From Squalus acanthias (taxonomy: Eukaryota), in the NCBI GenBank assembly GCA_030390025.1, contig JASTWF010000353.1, forward strand, positions 62,001 through 126,000: a stretch of 64,000 bases of DNA, in the 5' to 3' direction. The notes beneath the pieces were generated by a model. It made no database searches. It was not told the origin of the DNA and was given only the letters and a program-made list of their open reading frames with translations. The position numbers and the translations under genes are program-made. Every line of letters starts with the position of its first letter. Positions within the stretch are counted from its first letter, which is position 1. Below, in pieces: positions 52,801 to 62,960 of the stretch.

Positions 52801-55800
52801 TATCTGCCCCTCACTCTCTGTATCTGCCCCTCGATCTCTGTATCTGCCCCTTGACCTCTCTGTATCTGTCCCTCACTCTCTGTATCTGCCCCTCACTCTC
52901 TGTATCTGTCCCTTGATCGCAGTGTCTGCCCCTCACTCTTGGTACCTGCCCCTCGATCTCTGTATCTGCCCCTCACTCTCTGTATCTGCCCACACTCTCT
53001 GTATCTGCCCCTCACTCTCTGTATCTGCCCCCACTCTCTGTATCTGCCCCTCACTCTCTGTATCTGCCCCTCGATCTCTGTATCTGCCCCTCACTCTCTG
53101 TATCTGCCCCTTGATCTCTATATCTGCCCCTCGATCTCTCTGTATCTGCCCCTCACTCTCTGTATCTACCCCTCGATCTCTGTATCTGCCCCTTGATCTC
53201 TGTATCTATCCCTCGATCTCTGTATCTGTCCCTCGATCTCTGTATCTTCCCCTTGATCTCTGTATCTGCCCCTTGATCTCTGTATCTGCCACTCGATCTC
53301 TCTGTATCTGCCCCTCATTTTCTGTACCTGCCCCTTGATCTCTGTATCTGCACCTCACTCTCTGTATCTGCCCCTCACTCTCTGTATCTGTCCCTCGATC
53401 GCAGTAACTGCCCCTCGCTCTCTGTATCTCTCCCTCACTCTCTGTAACTGCCCCTCACTCTCTGTATCTGCCCCTCGATCTCTGTATCTGCCCCTCACTC
53501 TCTGTATCTGCCCCTCGATCGCAGTAACTGCCCCTCGCTCTCTGTATCTCTCCCTCACTCTCTGTATCTGCCCCTGACTCTCTGTATCTGCCCCATACTC
53601 TCTGTATCTGCCCCTCACTATCTGTATCTGCCCCTCGATCTCTGTATCTGCCCCTCACTCTCTGTATCTGCCCCTCGATCTCTGTATCTGCCCCTTGACC
53701 TCTCTGTATCTGTCCCTCACTCTCTGTATCTGCCCCTCACTCTCTGTATCTGTCCCTTGATCGCAGTGTCTGCCCCTCACTCTTGGTACCTGCCCCTCGA
53801 TCTCTGTATCTGCCCCTCACTCTCTGTATCTGCCCACACTCTCTGTATCTGCCCCTCACTCTCTGTATCTGCCCCCACTCTCTATCTGCCCCTCACTCTC
53901 TGTATCTGCCCCTCGATCTCTGTATCTGCCCCACACTCTCTGTATCTGCCCCTTGATCTCTATATCTGCCCCTCGATCTCTCTGTATCTGCCCCTCACTC
54001 TCTGTATCTACCCCTCGATCTCTGTATCTGCCCCTTGATCTCTGTATCTGCCACTCGATCTCTCTGTATCTGCCCCTCAATTTCTGTACCTGCCCCTTGA
54101 TCTCTGTATCTGCACCTCACTCTCTGTATCTGCCCCTCACTCTCTGTATCTGTCCCTCGATCGCAGTAACTGCCCCTCGCTCTCTGTATCTCTCCCTCAC
54201 TCTCTGTAACTGCCCCTCACTCTCTGTATCTGCCCCTCGATCTCTGTATCTGCCCCTCACTCTCTGTATCTGCCCCTCGATCGCAGTAACTGCCCCTCGC
54301 TCTCTCTGTATCTTCCCCTCACTCTCTGTATCTGCCCCTCACTCTCTGTATCTGCCCCTCAATTTCTGTATCTGCCACTCATTCGCTGTATCTGCCCCTC
54401 GATCTCTGTATCTGCCCCGCACTATCTGTATCTGCCCCTCGATCTTTGTATATGCCCATCACACTCCGTATCTGCCCCTCACTCTGTGTATCTGTCCCTC
54501 GATCGCTGTATCTGTACTTCAATCTCTGTAGCTGCCACTCAAATTCTCTGTATCTGCCCATCACTCGCTGTATCTGCCCCTCAATCTCTGTATCTGCCCC
54601 TCAATCTCTGTATGAACCCTTCGATCTCTGTAGCTGCCCCTTTATCTCTCTGTATCTGCCCCTCGATCTCTGTATCTGCCCATCGATCTCTCTGTATCTG
54701 CCCCTCGATCTCTCTGTATCTGCCCCTCAATCTCTGTATCTGCCCCTTGATCTCTGTATCTTCCCCTCGATCTCTGTGTCTGCCTCTCACTCTCTGTATC
54801 TGCCCCTTGATCTCTGTATCTGCCCCTTGATCTCTGTATCTGCCCCTCGATCTCTGTATCTGCCCCTCACTCTCTGTATCTGTCCCTCGATCGCAGTAAC
54901 TGCCCCTCGCTCTCTGTATCTGTCCCTCACTCTCTGTATCTGCCCCTCACTCTATGTATCTGCCCCTCGATCTCTGTATCTGCCCCTCACTCTCTGTATC
55001 TGCCCCTCGATCTCTGTATCTGCCCCTTGACCTCTCTGTATCTGTCCCTCACTCTCTGTATCTGCCCCTCACTCTCTGTATCTGTCCCTTGATCGCAGTG
55101 TCTGCCCCTCACTCTTTGTACCTGCCCCTCGATCTCTGTATCTGCCCCTCACTCTCTGTATCTGCCCACACTCTCTGTATCTGCCCCTCACTCTCTGTAT
55201 CTGCCCCCACTCTCTGTATCTGCCCCTCACTCTCTGTATCTGCCCCTCGATCTCTGTATCTGCCCCTCACTCTCTGTATCTGCCCCTTGATCTCTATATC
55301 TGCCCCTCGATCTCTCTGTATCTGCCCCTCACTCTCTGTATCTACCCCTCGATCTCTGTATCTGCCCCTTGATCTCTGTATCTATCCCTCGATCTCTGTA
55401 TCTGTCCCTCGATCTCTGTATCTTCCCCTTGATCTCTGTATCTGCCCCTTGATCTCTGTATCTGCCACTCGATCTCTCTGTATCTGCCCCTCATTTTCTG
55501 TACCTGCCCCTTGATCTCTGTATCTGCACCTCACTCTCTGTATCTGCCCCTCACTCTCTGTATCTGTCCCTCGATCGCAGTAACTGCCCCTCGCTCTCTG
55601 TATCTCTCCCTCACTCTCTGTAACTGCCCCTCACTCTCTGTATCTGCCCCTCGATCTCTGTATCTGCCCCTCACTCTCTGTATCTGCCCCTCGATCGCAG
55701 TAACTGCCCCTCGCTCTCTGTATCTCTCCCTCACTCTCTGTATCTGCCCCTGACTCTCTGTATCTGCCCCATACTCTCTGTATCTGCCCCTCACTATCTG

Positions 55801-58800
55801 TATCTGCCCCTCGATCTCTGTATCTGCCCCTCACTCTCTGTATCTGCCCCTCGATCTCTGTATCTGCCCCTTGACCTCTCTGTATCTGTCCCTCACTCTC
55901 TGTATCTGCCCCTCACTCTCTGTATCTGTCCCTTGATCGCAGTGTCTGCCCCTCACTCTTGGTACCTGCCCCTCGATCTCTGTATCTGCCCCTCACTCTC
56001 TGTATCTGCCCACACTCTCTGTATCTGCCCCTCACTCTCTGTATCTGCCCCCACTCTCTATCTGCCCCTCACTCTCTGTATCTGCCCCTCGATCTCTGTA
56101 TCTGCCCCACACTCTCTGTATCTGCCCCTTGATCTCTATATCTGCCCCTCGATCTCTCTGTATCTGCCCCTCACTCTCTGTATCTACCCCTCGATCTCTG
56201 TATCTGCCCCTTGATCTCTGTATCTGCCACTCGATCTCTCTGTATCTGCCCCTCAATTTCTGTACCTGCCCCTTGATCTCTGTATCTGCACCTCACTCTC
56301 TGTATCTGCCCCTCACTCTCTGTATCTGTCCCTCGATCGCAGTAACTGCCCCTCGCTCTCTGTATCTCTCCCTCACTCTCTGTAACTGCCCCTCACTCTC
56401 TGTATCTGCCCCTCGATCTCTGTATCTGCCCCTCACTCTCTGTATCTGCCCCTCGATCGCAGTAACTGCCCCTCGCTCTCTCTGTATCTTCCCCTCACTC
56501 TCTGTATCTGCCCCTCACTCTCTGTATCTGCCCCTCAATTTCTGTATCTGCCACTCATTCGCTGTATCTGCCCCTCGATCTCTGTATCTGCCCCGCACTA
56601 TCTGTATCTGCCCCTCGATCTTTGTATATGCCCATCACACTCCGTATCTGCCCCTCACTCTGTGTATCTGTCCCTCGATCGCTGTATCTGTACTTCAATC
56701 TCTGTAGCTGCCACTCAAATTCTCTGTATCTGCCCATCACTCGCTGTATCTGCCCCTCAATCTCTGTATCTGCCCCTCAATCTCTGTATGAACCCTTCGA
56801 TCTCTGTAGCTGCCCCTTTATCTCTCTGTATCTGCCCCTCGATCTCTGTATCTGCCCATCGATCTCTCTGTATCTGCCCCTCGATCTCTCTGTATCTGCC
56901 CCTCAATCTCTGTATCTGCCCCTTGATCTCTGTATCTTCCCCTCGATCTCTGTGTCTGCCTCTCACTCTCTGTATCTGCCCCTTGATCTCTGTATCTGCC
57001 CCTTGATCTCTGTATCTGCCCCTCGATCTCTGTATCTGCCCCTCACTCTCTGTATCTGTCCCTCGATCGCAGTAACTGCCCCTCGCTCTCTGTATCTGTC
57101 CCTCACTCTCTGTATCTGCCCCTCACTCTATGTATCTGCCCCTCGATCTCTGTATCTGCCCCTCACTCTCTGTATCTGCCCCTCGATCTCTGTATCTGCC
57201 CCTTGACCTCTCTGTATCTGTCCCTCACTCTCTGTATCTGCCCCTCACTCTCTGTATCTGTCCCTTGATCGCAGTGTCTGCCCCTCACTCTTGGTACCTG
57301 CCCCTCGATCTCTGTATCTGCCCCTCACTCTCTGTATCTGCCCACACTCTCTGTATCTGCCCCTCACTCTCTGTATCTGCCCCCACTCTCTGTATCTGCC
57401 CCTCACTCTCTGTATCTGCCCCTCGATCTCTGTATCTGCCCCTCACTCTCTGTATCTGCCCCTTGATCTCTATATCTGCCCCTCGATCTCTCTGTATCTG
57501 CCCCTCACTCTCTGTATCTACCCCTCGATCTCTGTATCTGCCCCTTGATCTCTGTATCTATCCCTCGATCTCTGTATCTGTCCCTCGATCTCTGTATCTT
57601 CCCCTTGATCTCTGTATCTGCCCCTTGATCTCTGTATCTGCCACTCGATCTCTCTGTATCTGCCCCTCATTTTCTGTACCTGCCCCTTGATCTCTGTATC
57701 TGCACCTCACTCTCTGTATCTGCCCCTCACTCTCTGTATCTGTCCCTCGATCGCAGTAACTGCCCCTCGCTCTCTGTATCTCTCCCTCACTCTCTGTAAC
57801 TGCCCCTCACTCTCTGTATCTGCCCCTCGATCTCTGTATCTGCCCCTCACTCTCTGTATCTGCCCCTCGATCGCAGTAACTGCCCCTCGCTCTCTGTATC
57901 TCTCCCTCACTCTCTGTATCTGCCCCTGACTCTCTGTATCTGCCCCATACTCTCTGTATCTGCCCCTCACTATCTGTATCTGCCCCTCGATCTCTGTATC
58001 TGCCCCTCACTCTCTGTATCTGCCCCTCGATCTCTGTATCTGCCCCTTGACCTCTCTGTATCTGTCCCTCACTCTCTGTATCTGCCCCTCACTCTCTGTA
58101 TCTGTCCCTTGATCGCAGTGTCTGCCCCTCACTCTTGGTACCTGCCCCTCGATCTCTGTATCTGCCCCTCACTCTCTGTATCTGCCCACACTCTCTGTAT
58201 CTGCCCCTCACTCTCTGTATCTGCCCCCACTCTCTATCTGCCCCTCACTCTCTGTATCTGCCCCTCGATCTCTGTATCTGCCCCACACTCTCTGTATCTG
58301 CCCCTTGATCTCTATATCTGCCCCTCGATCTCTCTGTATCTGCCCCTCACTCTCTGTATCTACCCCTCGATCTCTGTATCTGCCCCTTGATCTCTGTATC
58401 TGCCACTCGATCTCTCTGTATCTGCCCCTCAATTTCTGTACCTGCCCCTTGATCTCTGTATCTGCACCTCACTCTCTGTATCTGCCCCTCACTCTCTGTA
58501 TCTGTCCCTCGATCGCAGTAACTGCCCCTCGCTCTCTGTATCTCTCCCTCACTCTCTGTAACTGCCCCTCACCCTCTGTATCTGCCCCTCGATCTCTGTA
58601 TCTGCCCCTCACTCTCTGTATCTGCCCCTCGATCGCAGTAACTGCCCCTCGCTCTCTGTATCTCTCCCTCACTCTCTGTATCTGCCCCTCACTCTCTGTA
58701 TCTGCCCCTCACTCTGTATCTGCCCCTCGATCTCTGTATCTGCCCCTTAACCTCTCTGTATCTGTCCCTCACTCTCTGTATCTGCCCCTCACTCTCTGTA

Positions 58801-61800
58801 TTTGTCCCTTGATCGCAGTGTCTGCCCCTCACTCTTGGTACCTGCCCCTCGATCTCTGTATCTGCCCCTCACTCTCTGTATCTGCTCCCACTCTCTGTAT
58901 CTTCCCCTCACTTTCTGTATCTACCCCTCGATCTCTGTATCTGCCCCCACTGTCTGTATCTGCCCCTCACTCTCTGTGTCTGCCCCTGGATCTCTATATC
59001 TGCCCCTCAATCACTCTGTATCTGCCCCTCACTCTCTGTATCTGCCCCTCGATCTCTATATCTGCCCCTCGATCTCTCTGTTTCTGCTCTTCACTCTCTG
59101 TATCTGCCCCTCGATCTCTATATCTGCCCCTCGATCTCTCTGTTTCTGCTCTTCACTCTCTGTATCTGCCCCTCATTCTCTGTATCTGCCCCTGACTCTC
59201 TGTATCTGCCCCATACTCTCTGTATCTGCCCCTCACTATCTGTATCTGCCCCTCAGTCTCTGTTACTGCCCCTGACTCTCTGTTTCTGGCCCTCGTTCTC
59301 TGTATCAGCCCCTCACTCTCTGTATCTGCCCCTCGCTCTCTGTATCTACCCCTCAATCTCTGTATATGCACCTCGATCTCTATATCTGCCCCTCGATCTC
59401 TCTGTATCTACCCCTCGATCTCTGTATCTGCCCCTCACTCGCTGTATCTGCCTTTTGATCCCTGTATCCGCCCCTCACTCTCTGTATCCGCCCCTCACTC
59501 TCTGCCCCTCAATCTCTGTATCTCCCCTCACTCTCTTTATCTGCCCCTCACTCTCTGTATCTGCCCCTCTATCTCTGTATATGCCCCTCGATCTCTATAT
59601 CTGCCCTTCGATCTCTCTGTATCTGCCCCTCAATCTCTGTATCTGCCCCTCGATCACTCTGTCTCAGCCCCGCGATCGCAATATTCTGTCCCTCACTCTC
59701 TGTATCTGCCCCATAGTCTCTGTATCTCCACTCGATCTTCTGTATCGGCCCCTCGATCGCAATATCTGCCTCTCAACTCTGTATCTGCCCCTCGATCTCT
59801 CTGTATCTGCCCCTGACTCTCTGTATCTGCCCCATACTCTCTGTGTCTGCCCCTCACTCTCTGTATCTGTCCATCACTCTCTGCATCTGCCCCTCGATCT
59901 CTCTGTATCTGCACTTCACTCACTGTATCTGCCCCTCACTTTCTGTGTCTGCCCCTTGATCGCTGTATCTGCCCCTCACTCGCTATATCTGCCCCTCACT
60001 CTCTGTATAATCCCTTAGTTTCTGTATCTGCCCCTCACTCTCTGTATCTGCCCCTCACTCTCTGTTACTGCCCATCGATCCCTGTATCTGCCCCTCGCTC
60101 TCTGTATCTGTCCCCTCAACCTCTGTATCTGCCCCTCGATCGCTGTATCTGCCCCTCACTCTCTGTGTCTGCCGCTCGATCGCTGTATTTTCCCCTCACT
60201 CACTGCAACTGCCCCTTGATCGCTGTATCTGCCCCTCACTCTCTGTATCTGGCCCTCGATCACTATATCTGCCCCTCACTCTCTGTATCTGCCCCTCACT
60301 CTCTGTATCTGCCCCTCGATCGCTGTATCTGCCCCTCACTCTCTGTATCTGCCCCTCGATCTCTCTGTATCTGTCCCTCACACTCTGTATCTGCTCCTCA
60401 CTCTCTGTATCTGCCCCTCGTTCTCTCTGTATCTGCACTTCACTCTCTGTATCTGCCCCTCACTCTCTCTATCTGTCCCTCGATCACAGTATCTGTCCCT
60501 GACTCTCTGTATCTGCCCCTCGATCTCTGTATCTGCCTCTCACTCTCTGTATCTGCCCCTCGATCTCTGTATCTGCACCTCACTCTCTGTATCTGCCCCT
60601 CACTCTCTGTGCCTTTTCCTCGATCGCAGTATCTGCCCCTCGCTCTCTGTAAGTGACCCTCGATCTCTGTATCTGCCCCTCACTCTCTGTATCTATCCCT
60701 CGATCTCTGTATCTGCCCCTCGATCTCTCTGTATCTGTCCCTCACTCTCTGGATCTGCCACTCACTATCTGTATCTGCCCCTCGTTCTCTCTGTATCTAC
60801 ACCTCACTCTCTGTATCTGCCCCTCACTCTCTGTATCTGCCCCTCGATCTCTCTGTATCTTCCCCTCACTCTCTGTATCTGCCCCTCACTCTCTGTATCT
60901 GCCCCTCAATTTCTGTATCTGCCACTCATTCTCTGTATCTGCCCCTCGATCTCTGTATCTGCCCCGCACTTTCTGTATCTGCCCCTCGATCTTTGTATAT
61001 GCCCATCACACTCCGTATCTGCCCCTCACTCTGTGTATCTGTCCCTCAATCGCTGTATCTGCCCTTCAATCTCTGTAGCTGCCACTCAAAATCTCTGTAT
61101 CTGCCCATCACTCGCTGTATCTGCCCCTCAATCTCTGTATCTGCCCCTCAATCTCTGTATGAACCCTTCGATCTCTGTAGCTGCCCCTTTATCTCTCTGT
61201 ATCTGCCCACACTCTCTGTATCTGCCCCTCGATCTCTCTGTATCTGCCCCTCGATCTCTGTATCTGCCCCTTGATCTCTGTATCTTCCCCTCGATCTCTG
61301 TGTCTGCCTCTCACTCTCTGTATCTGCCCCTTGATCTCTGTATCTGCCCCTTGATCTCTGTATCTGCCCCTCGATCTCTGTATCTAACCCTCACTCTCTG
61401 TATCTGTCCCTCGATCGCAGTAACTGCCCCTCGCTCTCTGTATCTGTCCCTCACTCTCTGTATCTGCCCCTCACTCTATGTATCTGCCCCTCGATCTCTG
61501 TATCTGCCCCTCACTCTCTGTATCTGCCCCTCGATCTCTGTATCTGCCCCTTGACCTCTCTGTATCTGTCCCTCACTCTCTGTATCTGCCCCTCACTCTC
61601 TGTATCTGTCCCTTGATCGCAGTGTCTGCCCCTCACTCTTGGTACCTGCCCCTCGATCTCTGTATCTGCCCCTCACTCTCTGTATCTGCCCACACTCTCT
61701 GTATCTGCCCCTCACTCTCTGTATCTGCCCCCACTCTCTGTATCTGCCCCTCACTCTCTGTATCTGCCCCTCGATCTCTGTATCTGCCCCTCACTCTCTG

Positions 61801-62200
61801 TATCTGCCCCTTGATCTCTATATCTGCCCCTCGATCTCTCTGTATCTGCCCCTCACTCTCTGTATCTACCCCTCGATCTCTGTATCTGCCCCTTGATCTC
61901 TGTATCTATCCCTCGATCTCTGTATCTGCCCCTCGATCTCTGTATCTTCCCCTTGATCTCTGTATCTGCCCCTTGATCTCTGTATCTGCCACTCGATCTC
62001 TCTGTATCTGCCCCTCAATTTCTGTACCTGCCCCTTGATCTCTGTATCTGCACCTCACTCTCTGTATCTGCCCCTCACTCTCTGTATCTGTCCCTCAATC
62101 GCAGTAACTGCCCCTCGCTCTCTGTATCTCTCCCTCACTCTCTGTAACTGCCCCTCACTCTCTGTATCTGCCCCTCGATCTCTGTATCTGCCCCTCACTC
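49900..62200 (+). repeat. About 3.5-kb block repeated at ~8.7-kb offset (8723/8700 bp): ~49900-53500 and ~58680-62200
   Basis: ORF pairs 50970/59693, 51442/60165, 51930/60653, 52270/60993 (8723) and 52778/61478, 53335/62035 (8700). Marker TGTAAGTGACC in both. Confidence 0.88.
52125..58652 (+). repeat. Three near-identical tandem copies of a 2176-bp higher-order unit (starts 52125, 54301, 56477)
   Basis: ORF triplets 52203/54379/56555, 52270/54446/56622 and 53757/55933/58109 have identical translations and an exact 2176-bp spacing. Confidence 0.96.
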
Positions 62201-62299
62201 TCTGTATCTGCCCCTTGATCGCAGTATCTGACCCTCGCTCTCTGTATCTCTCCCTCACTCTCTGTATCTGCCCCTCACTCTCTGTATCTGCCCCTCACT

Positions 62300-62960
62300 C
62301 TCTGTATCTGCCCCTCGATCTCTGTATCTGCCCCTTAACCTCTCTGTATCTGTCCCTCACTCTCTGTATCTGCCCCTCACTCTCTGTATCTGTCCCTTGA
62401 TCACAGTGTCTGCCCCTCACTCTTGGTACCTGCCCCTCGATCTCTGTATCTGCCCCTCACTCTCTGTATCTGCCCCCACTCTCTGTATCTTCCCCTCACT
62501 CTCTGTATCTACCCCTCGATCTCTGTATCTGCCCCCACTCTCTGTATCTGCCCCTCACTCTCTGTATCTGCCCCTGGATCTATATATCTGCCCCTCAATC
62601 ACTCTGTATCTGCCCCTCACTCTCTGTATCTGCCCCTCGATCTCTGTATCTGCCCCTTAACCTATCTGTATCTGTCCCTCACTTTCTGTATCTGCCCCTC
62701 ACTCTCTGTATCTGTCCCTTGATCGCAGTGTCTGCCCCTCGCTCTTGGTACCTGCCCCTCGATCTCTGTATCTGCCCCTCACTCTCTGTATCTGCCCCCA
62801 CTCTCTGTATCTTCCCCTCACTCTCTGCATCTACCCCTCGATCTCTGTATCTGCCCCCACTCTCTGTATCTGCCCCTCACTCTCTGTATCTGCCCCTGGA
62901 TCTCTATATCTGCCCCTCGATCACTCTGTATCTGCCCCTCACTCTCTGTATCTGCCCCTC
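62300..62960 (+). repeat. 322-bp tandem duplication
   Basis: GGTACC at 62425 and 62747. ORF pairs 62397/62719 and 62423/62745. Confidence 0.82.
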
